From Macrostomum lignano (lineage: Eukaryota): a stretch of DNA of 64,000 nt. Position 1 is the first letter of the stretch, and every line of letters starts with the position of its first letter. Under the pieces are notes generated by a model. That model did no database searches, was not told where the DNA came from, and saw nothing but the letters and a program-made list of their open reading frames with translations. Of the stretch, positions 32,524 through 43,123 are shown piece by piece. Position numbers and translations under genes: made by a program. Location of the stretch: contig NIVC01000110.1 in NCBI GenBank assembly GCA_002269645.1, positions 496,001 through 560,000 of the forward strand. The letters run 5' to 3'.

Positions 32524-33003
32524 TTTTTCTAATGCATATGTTATATATTCTTCCCAAAGTGGTAACTCTCTTCTGATCCTAGGTTTAAATTTTTTATCAA
32601 TACATAAAAATTCCAATGACTTTTTCAATAACATTTCGTTAGGTATGTTACCAATCCTTATAAACTTTGTATTCTCTCGCATAAGAAAATTGAAATAATA
32701 TCCAACTAAAATTAAAATCCTTTCGGAGTCTTTCGAACTTAATCCCTTTCCTTTATTTAAATGGAAAAAGTTATTATATAAATAAACATTATTTCCGGGA
32801 ATTAAAATTGGATCAGAAATGTCTCTTGTAAGATTTCTTAAAATTGTGTTTTTAAAATAGTAATATGAGTTTTCAATCTTTTTTGTTTTTTCAAATTGAT
32901 ATATTTTAGAACATGAATAACACATATGATATATATCTCCGTTTGCTGTTTGCCCTCTGTGCATAGTCACGTTACATTTATTACAAACATAAATGTCTTT
33001 CAT
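32491..33003 (-). CDS. 170-aa protein with N-terminal CxxC..CxxC zinc ribbon (copy 1)
   Basis: CNKC...CYSC. Confidence 0.65.
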   Translation of the reverse strand: MKDIYVCNKCNVTMHRGQTANGDIYHMCYSCSKIYQFEKTKKIENSYYYFKNTILRNLTRDISDPILIPGNNVYLYNNFFHLNKGKGLSSKDSERILILVGYYFNFLMRENTKFIRIGNIPNEMLLKKSLEFLCIDKKFKPRIRRELPLWEEYITYALEKLNNLKFYSTS

Positions 33004-33029
33004 TTTTTTGTTATTTTTTTAGATTAAAA

Positions 33030-33362
33030 ATGGAGAGCTGGTTCAAAACCGATTCTAATGTGATTAATTATCTCACACCCAATATGTTGGAGAATAAAGA
33101 ATATAATATTATATGTTTGAGACAGGTTAAATTTATTGGGCTTCAATCAATATTTTTACAATTAGATGGGCAAAAAATTTTATGTCTAAGCGGAGATGAT
33201 GTTAAAAATTTTCCTGTTTTAGTTATTAATAAACCTAAAGCGTTTGTTATGAAATACTGCAACGAGGGTGGATTGCAATTTAAACTAAAACAAACAAATA
33301 ATAAAAAGAGTGATAGGACTGTAAAATTGGCGGCTGTTTGGGAGGATGACGACGAAGACTAA
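33030..33362 (+). CDS. 110-aa protein of unknown function (copy 1)
   Basis: AAAAATG start; intact in both copies. Confidence 0.6.
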   Translation: MESWFKTDSNVINYLTPNMLENKEYNIICLRQVKFIGLQSIFLQLDGQKILCLSGDDVKNFPVLVINKPKAFVMKYCNEGGLQFKLKQTNNKKSDRTVKLAAVWEDDDED

Positions 33363-33377
33363 ATTTTTTATAAGAAA

Positions 33378-33737
33378 ATGGATACGATAAAAATCCTTAT
33401 CACTAAAGAGCGTGAACTTAATGATATTAATAAAAAAATAAATATAATTATATCTCAGAAATATCATGAGTATGGGGACGATATGTTTCCCATCCGATAT
33501 GAGATAGATAAAAGAAAACGTTTTTTAAGACAAGATATTGTTTATGCTGAAATAGTAATTGAAATTGAAATAGATAGATTGGTTAGAAAAATAAAAAAAC
33601 TTAGGAAAAAAATAAAGGATTGTTTAAGTTACCCTGCCGACTGTGAGGATAATTGGTGCTCAATAATATATGAAATTGAAGTTAATGATTTGCTCAAACA
33701 ATTACATGCTTTAGTTTTTTACAGACCCGATAAGTAA
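33378..33737 (+). CDS. 119-aa coiled-coil-like protein (copy 1)
   Basis: AAAATG start; intact in both copies. Confidence 0.6.
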   Translation: MDTIKILITKERELNDINKKINIIISQKYHEYGDDMFPIRYEIDKRKRFLRQDIVYAEIVIEIEIDRLVRKIKKLRKKIKDCLSYPADCEDNWCSIIYEIEVNDLLKQLHALVFYRPDK

Positions 33738-34076
33738 TTTAATTCCCGAATAGTTACCACATCAAGCACCGGTGATACCGTGGGAAACATTGAGGGCGGA
33801 GTCAATACAATTAATATAACAACCGACATATCAAACGGCGGTTATATAACAGATAATAATGGAGTTTTGGTTCAACGTGGAATTATTTATTCAATCCCAT
33901 TTCTTGCTGTTCCAATTGGAGAGAAAATGATTGTTGCACCCCAAACCCCAATATATTATCCTTTAAATCAATATAGCGTTCAATCAATTTATATTAGGAT
34001 TGTAGATGAAAGCGATAGATTAATAAGTTTTGGTGGGCAGTCAATAACAATAATTTTACGTATAAAACAGGTTTAA
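33737..34076 (+). pseudogene. 3' fragment of the penton gene created by the duplication
   Basis: Identical to 28403-28742; no N-terminus. Confidence 0.9.
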
Positions 34077-34120
34077 TAGAACCGAAGGTTCGCGGACTTT
34101 GTCCGTTTCCTATAGTAAAA

Positions 34121-34330
34121 ATGGGTAATCGAACAACATGTTCGCGTGCAAAGCACGATAATAATAATAATTTAATAAAAAAACAATCAGAAAAAGTTAA
34201 AAAAGCTGAAGATAATTACGAACTAGAACTAGCAAAATTAAGGCAGTTACAAGCTGATAAAATAAGAAAGGAATTGTTAAAACCCACACCTACGAAACTA
34301 ACTAAAACCAAGAGTTTTTCAGGAACATAA
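34121..34330 (+). CDS. 69-aa basic protein (copy 2)
   Basis: Identical to 28787-28996. Confidence 0.6.
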   Translation: MGNRTTCSRAKHDNNNNLIKKQSEKVKKAEDNYELELAKLRQLQADKIRKELLKPTPTKLTKTKSFSGT

Positions 34331-34331
34331 A

Positions 34332-34799
34332 ATGACCATGACGTGGGATGATTTTAAACAAAGATATGGAACGGACACAACAAGCAATATCGAATTAACA
34401 AATTGGGCGAGGCAGTTAAAAATAAAACCATTCAGATGTGTTATGCGAGATGAGATCAAAGACTTACCACAATATGGATCTTTCATTGTTAATATTGAAA
34501 CAACAAAAGAAAATGGTGTTCATTGGTCGGCAGTTTATTCCAAACCTAAACTTGTTTATTTTTTTGATTCATACGCGCTTCCTCCGTTACAGGAAATAAA
34601 AGACAAATTTAATCATACTAAAAATCGTTTATGTGGAGATCATCACGAACAGTTTCAAACATTTGATAAAAGTTATTGCGGGCAGGCTGCGTTATATTTT
34701 TTATATAAAATCGGACGAAGTCCGCGAACCAAAGGTTCGATCAATAACTCGAAGGAAACCCCCGAAGACTTTAGGGCGATTTTAGACTCTATAAAATAG
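34332..34799 (+). CDS. Adenain-like cysteine protease (copy 2, intact, 155 aa)
   Basis: His-Asp-Gln-Cys motifs as in copy 1. Confidence 0.9.
   Translation: MTMTWDDFKQRYGTDTTSNIELTNWARQLKIKPFRCVMRDEIKDLPQYGSFIVNIETTKENGVHWSAVYSKPKLVYFFDSYALPPLQEIKDKFNHTKNRLCGDHHEQFQTFDKSYCGQAALYFLYKIGRSPRTKGSINNSKETPEDFRAILDSIK
34712..34739. repeat. Double-hairpin element inside the protease ORF (copy 1 at 29378-29404)
   Basis: CGGAC-GAA-GTCCG CGAACC-AAA-GGTTCG, with ATC on both sides. Confidence 0.85.
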
Positions 34800-34809
34800 A
34801 CAGTAAAAA

Positions 34810-36858
34810 ATGTTATTTTCTGGAACACCCTCATGGAACGGAACAACAAGTAGTGGCGGTGGTGGCACATCTGGTGGAATAAGTGTTACCTTCGGAGATA
34901 ATCGATATATTAATGAAGATGAAGGTTATAAAAAAAGTGAAGTTGATACTAAACTAAATTTAAAAAGAAACGTTGCAGATTCCTATACTAAAACTCAAAT
35001 AGATGATTCACTAAATCTGAAACGGAACGTAGTCGATTCCTATACCAAAACCGAAGTTGATAATTCATTAAATTTAAAACGCAATACAGCCGATTCTTAT
35101 GCCAAAACCGAAGTTGATAATTCATTAAATTTGAAACGGAACGTAGCCGATTCTTATACCAAAACAGAGGTTGATAATTCATTAAATTTGAAACGGAACG
35201 TAGCCGATTCTTATACCAAAACCGAAGTTGATAATGGATTAAATTTAAAAAGAGATGTAACTGATTCTTATTCTCGAACTGATTCTGATTCACGTTATGT
35301 TCAAACCACCGCAACCGGAAACCTAGATATGAGCAACAACCGAATTATAAATGTTTCAATTACAACTAGTGATTCAGTGGTTGATAAGAACTATGTCGAT
35401 AATCAAGTTGCCACTCGTAGTGGAAATATTAATATGAATAATTTTAAATTAACAAATTTATTATTTGGAACAGATAACGCAGACTCGATAACTCTAGGCC
35501 AAGTAAATGAGCGAGCTAATGCAACCGACGCCGATATTTTTACAACGCCGCTTACATCAAATACTTCAAATCCTGATGTTGTTCTTACAGCATCTGAAAA
35601 TGGCAACACAGCTTTTCGAGTTGGAGATGGAAGCCTTGCGACACAATGGTCACCAAATACCGGAACCACAACCAATATGGAAATTCAATTTGAATTTTTA
35701 GGTTATAATAGAAGAATATTTGAATTAAGAATTACAGGCAGTGAAACAATTGAGATACCCTCGGGGTGGTCGGTTCGCGCAAAAAATGTTGCTACCGATT
35801 CATGGACGACATTAACTACGTCGGGATCACCAGTTCAAGCAACATCATTTGCTCTATCTAATTTAACGACTAATTTTTGGAAATATTATAGCGTATTCTT
35901 CCCAACTGGTGGTACCGGTACACAACCTATCGAGGTTCGTCAAATACAATTATTTGAACACCGTGTTGAAATTCAAGATCTTAATTGGCCAACTCAAATA
36001 CTTTCTGCAGTTCCGCGAGCGTACGTAGATCAGCTAGCTACTCCAACATCAAATGGTAGAATGTCTGGAAGCGATAAAAATAAATTGGATGGAATACATG
36101 CTATTGATGCAGCCTTGTTCGAACCAGTAATTTGTAATTGGTCTGGATATCAAAATCCAACAACCGCCGGAGATATATATCCAGTCGGTTCTTTAATTGG
36201 TGACGCTTCTTATATCGATTATCAAAATGGAGCTAGAATTACTCGTGAAACCGCAGGTGTAAGTGGGGCTTTACAATTTAATTTCACACATTTTCAAAAT
36301 ATATCTGCGTCTTTCTTTTTCCGAGTTGCTAATTCTACAGGAGATGGTGCAGATGCGGTTTGGTTTTATGCATATTGTCACGAACGTCCAACATCGGAAT
36401 TTGGAACTGGATTATCAACCGACGCCGGGCTGATAGTGTTTGCTAGTGAGTGGACTGATAGGTTTGGAGTTGTTTGGAGTAATAAAAAATCAGACGGATC
36501 TACGGTTCGTAACGATGTTAGTAGTGATGCGGATCAAACTGTAGCCTATGCTAATATTGATAACGGTGATTGGCATTTATTTGAAGTTAATATTTTAAAT
36601 CAAAGGGTTTGGTACCGATTACAGTCATACAATGTTGCTGGTGATTCTTTTACCCTCATTGGACAGAACGTTTTCACATATGATAGTGGAACTTGGGGAA
36701 CTTTAGATAAATCTGGAACCCTTATGGGTTTTGGTGCTCGAACTGGTGGAGCGGATGCTGCACATTTTATTCGTGGTGCAGTTGTATGTGGTAGTACGTC
36801 GTTTGGTTATGTTTTTCCCTCTACTGCTTATTTGGAAAAACCTCCTACTCAAATATAA
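34810..36858 (+). CDS. Fibre/adhesin-like protein, 682 aa: 19-aa shaft repeats, F5/8-type-C-like domain, C-terminal L-type (ConA-like) lectin domain (copy 2, intact)
   Basis: (KRNVADSYTKTEVDNSLNL)n, LDMSNNRIINV, KNYVD, RMSGSDKNKLDGI; AFRVGDGSLATQWS; LIGDASY..FQNISASFFFRV..GADAVWF. Confidence 0.8.
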   Translation: MLFSGTPSWNGTTSSGGGGTSGGISVTFGDNRYINEDEGYKKSEVDTKLNLKRNVADSYTKTQIDDSLNLKRNVVDSYTKTEVDNSLNLKRNTADSYAKTEVDNSLNLKRNVADSYTKTEVDNSLNLKRNVADSYTKTEVDNGLNLKRDVTDSYSRTDSDSRYVQTTATGNLDMSNNRIINVSITTSDSVVDKNYVDNQVATRSGNINMNNFKLTNLLFGTDNADSITLGQVNERANATDADIFTTPLTSNTSNPDVVLTASENGNTAFRVGDGSLATQWSPNTGTTTNMEIQFEFLGYNRRIFELRITGSETIEIPSGWSVRAKNVATDSWTTLTTSGSPVQATSFALSNLTTNFWKYYSVFFPTGGTGTQPIEVRQIQLFEHRVEIQDLNWPTQILSAVPRAYVDQLATPTSNGRMSGSDKNKLDGIHAIDAALFEPVICNWSGYQNPTTAGDIYPVGSLIGDASYIDYQNGARITRETAGVSGALQFNFTHFQNISASFFFRVANSTGDGADAVWFYAYCHERPTSEFGTGLSTDAGLIVFASEWTDRFGVVWSNKKSDGSTVRNDVSSDADQTVAYANIDNGDWHLFEVNILNQRVWYRLQSYNVAGDSFTLIGQNVFTYDSGTWGTLDKSGTLMGFGARTGGADAAHFIRGAVVCGSTSFGYVFPSTAYLEKPPTQI

Positions 36859-36889
36859 AATATTTATATATAAAATATTTATATATAAA

Positions 36890-37215
36890 ATGGCTTTTAG
36901 TAGAACTCCATCGATGCGGCAAAATAATGTTATTATTCCTATTCCTAAACAAGAATCAAATATAAAAACATTCAAATCTCATACCAAATTTTTATTTAGT
37001 ACTGTAAATGTTCAGGATAATAAGAAGCTTCAAGAATTAATTAAATTATTAAAAAATCATATTATACTTCAAGAGTTTTGGAAAATAGGATTTAAATGGG
37101 AGAAAAAAGAAAGAATAACTCCAATACAATACCTATTAAGCTCCGGGCAAATCCCAAAGAGCGTGGGGAATTCATTTTGGTGCTATTAAAAATAGACGAG
37201 AATGTCGGTATCTGA
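36890..37215 (+). CDS. 108-aa protein (copy 2, 1-nt deletion at ~37153)
   Basis: ATCCCAAAG versus ATCCCCAAAG in copy 1. Confidence 0.5.
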
Positions 37216-37858
37216 AGCAGATAAATGGGAACGCGACCGGTTCAACCAACGTAAAGGTCAGATGTTGAGTAATGTTGATCGAATAAATTATGATTATGAT
37301 TTATATGCTAAAAAAGTAAGAAGAGTTTCAAACCATATAAGAAATATGGACTTTTTCAATATTGGATTTGGAAGCTTATCAATGTTATGTGTAATCGTTT
37401 TAGGTATTTTACAATCTATTCCAACTCTTAATTTATCTCAATTATTTTTAGGTATTTCAATTGGCTCAATATCAGGTTTTGAATTGATCAGGAACTTATC
37501 AATACTTTTAGCAATTAAATTATATCTTAAAAAAAGAAAGGAAAAATATAAATCTTTAAGAGATGTTGCAAAACAATATAAAAATCAATTATATTTATAT
37601 GTGCAAAAAATATTGGATGACGGAGAGATAACGATTCATGAATTATCAACCGCGGTTGAATTATATGAAAAATATTTAAAAGATAGAAATAGAATTTTAG
37701 ATGTTGAAACTTTTACCGATATGGAATTAAAAGAGTTGAGACTCGATAAACCCAAAGCTCCACCGATAGAAACATTAGGCATTTACGAACCTGAAACTAT
37801 TGCTACTGGGGCACAAAGCCCGCGATCAGGAAGTGCTGTAGAACTTCAGGTTGTTTAG
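37202..37858 (+). CDS. 218-aa two-TM protein (copy 2)
   Basis: Identical to copy 1. Confidence 0.7.
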   Translation: MSVSEADKWERDRFNQRKGQMLSNVDRINYDYDLYAKKVRRVSNHIRNMDFFNIGFGSLSMLCVIVLGILQSIPTLNLSQLFLGISIGSISGFELIRNLSILLAIKLYLKKRKEKYKSLRDVAKQYKNQLYLYVQKILDDGEITIHELSTAVELYEKYLKDRNRILDVETFTDMELKELRLDKPKAPPIETLGIYEPETIATGAQSPRSGSAVELQVV

Positions 37859-38337
37859 TTTTTCTAATGCATATGTTATATATTCTTCCCAAAGTGGTAA
37901 CTCTCTTCTGATCCTAGGTTTAAATTTTTTATCAATACATAAAAATTCCAATGACTTTTTCAATAACATTTCGTTAGGTATGTTACCATCCTTATAAACT
38001 TTGTATTCTCTCGCATAAGAAAATTGAAATAATATCCAACTAAAATTAAAATCCTTTCGGAGTCTTTCGAACTTAATCCCTTTCCTTTATTTAAATGGAA
38101 AAAGTTATTATATAAATAAACATTATTTCCGGGAATTAAAATTGGATCAGAAATGTCTCTTGTAAGATTTCTTAAAATTGTGTTTTTAAAATAGTAATAT
38201 GAGTTTTCAATCTTTTTTGTTTTTTCAAATTGATATATTTTAGAACATGAATAACACATATGATATATATCTCCGTTTGCTGTTTGCCCTCTGTGCATAG
38301 TCACGTTACATTTATTACAAACATAAATGTCTTTCAT
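37826..38337 (-). CDS. Zinc-ribbon protein (copy 2, 1-nt deletion at ~37987)
   Basis: TACCATCC versus TACCAATCC in copy 1. Confidence 0.6.
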
Positions 38338-38363
38338 TTTTTTGTTATTTTTTTAGATTAAAA

Positions 38364-38696
38364 ATGGAGAGCTGGTTCAAAACCGATTCTAATGTGATTA
38401 ATTATCTCACACCCAATATGTTGGAGAATAAAGAATATAATATTATATGTTTGAGACAGGTTAAATTTATTGGGCTTCAATCAATATTTTTACAATTAGA
38501 TGGGCAAAAAATTTTATGTCTAAGCGGAGATGATGTTAAAAATTTTCCTGTTTTAGTTATTAATAAACCTAAAGCGTTTGTTATGAAATACTGCAACGAG
38601 GGTGGATTGCAATTTAAACTAAAACAAACAAATAATAAAAAGAGTGATAGGACTGTAAAATTGGCGGCTGTTTGGGAGGATGACGACGAAGACTAA
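38364..38696 (+). CDS. 110-aa protein (copy 2)
   Basis: Identical to copy 1. Confidence 0.6.
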   Translation: MESWFKTDSNVINYLTPNMLENKEYNIICLRQVKFIGLQSIFLQLDGQKILCLSGDDVKNFPVLVINKPKAFVMKYCNEGGLQFKLKQTNNKKSDRTVKLAAVWEDDDED

Positions 38697-38711
38697 ATTT
38701 TTTATAAGAAA

Positions 38712-39071
38712 ATGGATACGATAAAAATCCTTATCACTAAAGAGCGTGAACTTAATGATATTAATAAAAAAATAAATATAATTATATCTCAGAAATATCA
38801 TGAGTATGGGGACGATATGTTTCCCATCCGATATGAGATAGATAAAAGAAAACGTTTTTTAAGACAAGATATTGTTTATGCTGAAATAGTAATTGAAATT
38901 GAAATAGATAGATTGGTTAGAAAAATAAAAAAACTTAGGAAAAAAATAAAGGATTGTTTAAGTTACCCTGCCGACTGTGAGGATAATTGGTGCTCAATAA
39001 TATATGAAATTGAAGTTAATGATTTGCTCAAACAATTACATGCTTTAGTTTTTTACAGACCCGATAAGTAA
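38712..39071 (+). CDS. 119-aa protein (copy 2)
   Basis: Identical to copy 1. Confidence 0.6.
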   Translation: MDTIKILITKERELNDINKKINIIISQKYHEYGDDMFPIRYEIDKRKRFLRQDIVYAEIVIEIEIDRLVRKIKKLRKKIKDCLSYPADCEDNWCSIIYEIEVNDLLKQLHALVFYRPDK

Positions 39072-42000
39072 TTTTTCTGTTAATCTCTTCCAGTTATTCA
39101 AGACTTTTTCCTTATTTAATTTTTTAAGTTCTTTTGGAAATGTTGAATAATAATTATCTATATCTTTTTCATATTCTAGAAATGTATTATATTCACAATC
39201 ACATTCGGATTCACAATCACAATCGTAATAATAATTATTTATTGCCGCTTTGTATTCATTATATTTACTTATTATATCTTCTTTTTGTTTTTTATCTTTT
39301 ATCATATTTTTTATCTCTTCTTTTAAACCATATGGATATGTTTTAATTTTATCATCTAAATATCTTTTATCATCAAATGGACTTAATGTTTTTTTATCTG
39401 TCTCGATGACAAACATCTGATGCTTATCTGAATTTAATCGATATTGTGGAGCATGATAATTTTCAATTGTATTAAGGTAATCTAAAAGTACGTTTTTATA
39501 ATCATCAAATGTTATCTTTTTTACTGCTGCTCTTGATACCCCTTTTATTTTTTTTACCTCTCCCTCCTGTCCTAAAACCTTAAATGCATAGCATTTTGAT
39601 CTTATTGCTATAAACTCGGTTATGATTTTGCTATTTAATTCATCTTTCATTTTAAGTACAACTTTTTTATTTTGATCTGATTTTAAAGGATGGTTATCCG
39701 GATAGTCGGAGGTATCCAATGTATCCTTAATTTTTTCCATATCTTTATAGACATCGAACCTTTGGTTCGCGGACTCCGTCCGGTCATCTGTTTCAACCTT
39801 AAATACCAAACTGTCGGTGTCTGCATATATTGGATAGTTATCTGGCCATGTTTTATTTATAACATCATAATAGTATTCATACATTACTAGCTTTGCAAAA
39901 TCTAAAACAACCATTCCAATAAATATTGGTTTAAGAAATTTTGTTGTTTTATTTCTCATATGAATACCCATAAAGTTATCATCAAATTTTATAAAGTCTT
40001 TAAAGTTAGGTTTTGAGAAATATTTCTTTGCTTTATCAATATCCTTTTCTAAATGGAATTGGGTTCTATCTCTAATATTTTCAACCGTTTTTCCATAAAA
40101 AGCATTATTCATTAATTTCCAATAATCTTTCTCAAAATTTGTTTTTGACATCTGTCTCTGATTTGAATTAAAGTCAATATATTTAGCTAACCAATCTTCC
40201 TCAATAAACGATATTGTTCGATGTACTTTAGACACTTTTAATCCCTGCTTTTCATAAAATTGTAGAAGCTTATAATGCACTACATAGTTTTTCTTATCAT
40301 GTAAATTTAATATTAATTTTTTTGTTGCTAGATGTTTTGTATTATCTACTTTAAGATAATCTTTTTGTGTTTGTGATAAATCATCTTCATTAACTGAACA
40401 ATGCTCTGGAGCTAAAGGATATTTATATGTTTTTGCTTTTGCTTCCCGAGTATATTGCAAATCCACCTCTACGATACAGCCCCTTCCTTCGGGAATATTT
40501 TTGTAATAATCGGGGTCATCTTCCCATTGGAAATCAGCTATTGGTAATTTTTGTTTCATACAACCACCGTATAAATTGTTTGCATCTAGATATAATACAT
40601 ATGATGATTTTTCTTTTTTATTATAATTTGGTAGATATTTATTATTTACTTTAGTATATCTATCTCCTAGTACACCCGAGAATCCACCGCGAATTCCTCT
40701 CTCAATCATTAACAACATATCATGATCAGTTAGTAAATCAATCTTAACATCTGTATGTTTCAAACCACAAGCCCATGTTAATCCCGGTGCACTGAAACAA
40801 TATGCGGGATCAATTTTAAAATTCTCATATGTATGATTCCTAAAGTTTTCAAATGCATCAGCTAATAGGAGAACATCTGCTTTAAGATATAGATTATGAT
40901 AATCTTTAAATGTTTTACAATTAAAGTATTTCCATACTTTTTGAGCGTGTTCATAATCCGATTCACTTATGTTTGTTTGTGATAATGTTGAATAAAACTT
41001 TTCAATTGGGGTAATTCGGTATGAAAAAATACGTCTTCAGATGTTACATATTCATATGGGTAGATGCCCTTACGAGTTAATAGCATTAGTTCTTCCTCGG
41101 ATAGTTTTTCCTTTTTGAAACGATTCAATAGTATTGGAAAGTTTTTCTTTACTATTTCTAAATCCCATGGTTTTGGAACTAATGATGAAACAACATTTGC
41201 TAAAGATGTTGATAAGAATCTCAAGGAATCTAGAAAAACTAGATGGGAGTATTTCTTACCATATGTTATTGATATGTAATTTTCTGATGTTTTAGGTAAT
41301 ATATTTATTTCATATTCATCCTTTCCTAAATGAAGCAATTCTCGAACTAAGAAATGAAAATCATATCCGGATCCATTATGAAAAAATACTGGTATTTCCT
41401 TACATCCTTTTCCTTCTTTTGCGTTACATGATCTACATGCTGCCCCTCGATAATTTCCTGTTAGATGACAATGTTCTCGTATCTTATTATTCTTACTTAA
41501 ATGTCTTTTGCACATAAAACAATTTGTTGCATTTTTATAATTGTCTCTATCCTTATTTGTCATATTAATATTTTTTGATAATTTATCATATTGATTTTGA
41601 ATATATTCAAATACATTTACTAATGATTCTGCCATGTGCTTAGCTGCATCATTACCGTGGTAAGTAATCATCCTTGATTTAAATATATGATCAGCTACAG
41701 AGTGTACATATATACAATAACTATTCGGAAACTGTTGTGCCAATTTTTTTGTGCATTCGTCCCGTAGGGTCGCATGCTTTGCATGATCCCCGTCATCAGA
41801 TGTCGTCTGTGATTCTTTTAAGGGAACATTTGTTGCTTCAAAATCAGCATATATTACTATTGGTTTTTTAACTGCCATATAATGTTGTTGGAACTTTAGG
41901 GTTGCATCTTCAGATGCTGGCATTATAGCATTAGTAAATTTGTGATCTAAACAAAATCGTTGGTGGTTTTTAAGAGCTGTTTCATCCTTTTTAAATGTAA

Positions 42001-43039
42001 AACAATTTCTACATAGTGGATATCTATTTCTATTTTCTCTTAAAAAAGAACTAATATCTTTTATGTATATATAATGTGTTTCATTTTCGCGCTGCATGTA
42101 CAAAAGATCGATTTGATCTGGTGCTGTTATATCAGTTGCTGGCTTAACAAGATAACAGTTTTTCTTATACCATTCTGGATCGGTTAAAATTTCTTCTAGA
42201 TCTTTTGGTTCTTCAATTGTAAACACATTAATATTTAAACCATTCATTTTTTCAATCTTATATATATCATCTATTGCTACTGGGTATGATATGTTTTTCA
42301 TTATTATTTCATCCTCATATTGTCTATAATTATATATTTTATTAATGTGTGATTCTACTTGATTGTGATATTTATGAATTAATAAACACCATAATAAACA
42401 TTTATTATCTTTATTGTCTGGATTTATAATCATAGGTGATTTAAATTTGAGCTTCATATGTGATCGTCCTTTAAGAATTTCTATAGGTGCAATCTTTACT
42501 ATTGCTGAATTACAGGATACAAATATAAACCCAGATCCGTTTTCTGTCATCTTATCTATCCATTCATCAAACTCAGCTTCTATTTGATCGAATTGATTGT
42601 TGTAATTTCCCATTGATAATAATGTTTTATATGATTCTTGTGAAAAGTTATTTATTACTTCAATTTCTGAATTTGCATTAAGAATATTTGGTTTTTTAAA
42701 TTCTGTTTCAACTTCTATTTTATACTTAATTGGCTGTCGTTTGTTATTTGGCCTTATAGTATAATTGTTTAATATAGTCTTTAATTTATCTTTCATTTGT
42801 TTAAAATATTCTTTATAATTTGTATTTATATCTATATCTATATATATTACTTCAGCTCCATTTTGTCCTTGTGGTTGGGGGTTATTAATATCATTTAATT
42901 GTCTTTCTAAACGTATCTCATTTTCTGCCCTAATTCTTGCTTCTATTTCAGCCCTATCGGCAATTCGTTGTGCATCGATTTGAGCTATTAATTGTGCTCT
43001 AAGTTCAGGGTTGTCGATTTGAGCTAAAATTGCTTCCAT
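39045..43039 (-). CDS. polB: Protein-primed family B DNA polymerase (~1330 aa) with an endonuclease VII-like insert; 1-nt deletion at ~41010
   Basis: ExoI IYADFEA, ExoII FHNGSGYD, ExoIII YLKADV; YLDANNLYG, KLMNNAFYGKT, YADTDS; CFMC..REHCHLTGNYRGAACRSCN. The two track ORFs join through frame PIEKFYSTLSQTNISESDYEHAQKVW. Confidence 0.95.
39755..39782. repeat. Double-hairpin element inside polB
   Basis: CGAACC-TTT-GGTTCG CGGAC-TCC-GTCCG. Confidence 0.85.
41758..41785. repeat. Double-hairpin element inside polB
   Basis: CGTCCC-GTA-GGGTCG CATGC-TTT-GCATG (one mismatch). Confidence 0.75.
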
Positions 43040-43123
43040 TTTATAGAATAAAATTTATATAATGTTTGAATTATTGATTTTTTAATTTTGTGTTTTTGGT
43101 GTCCAGACCCTCCCCCCAGGAGC

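Larger units (their letters stand above)
28403..39070 (+). repeat. Tandem duplication, unit 5334 bp (28403-33736 and 33737-39070)
   Basis: Identical ORF sets offset by 5334-5336 bp; ATTT microhomology at 28403, 33737 and 39071. Confidence 0.95.

Noticed and set aside
28403-39070. Two separate Polintons inserted in tandem
   Set aside because: No TIR or TSD at the junction; it falls inside the penton gene.
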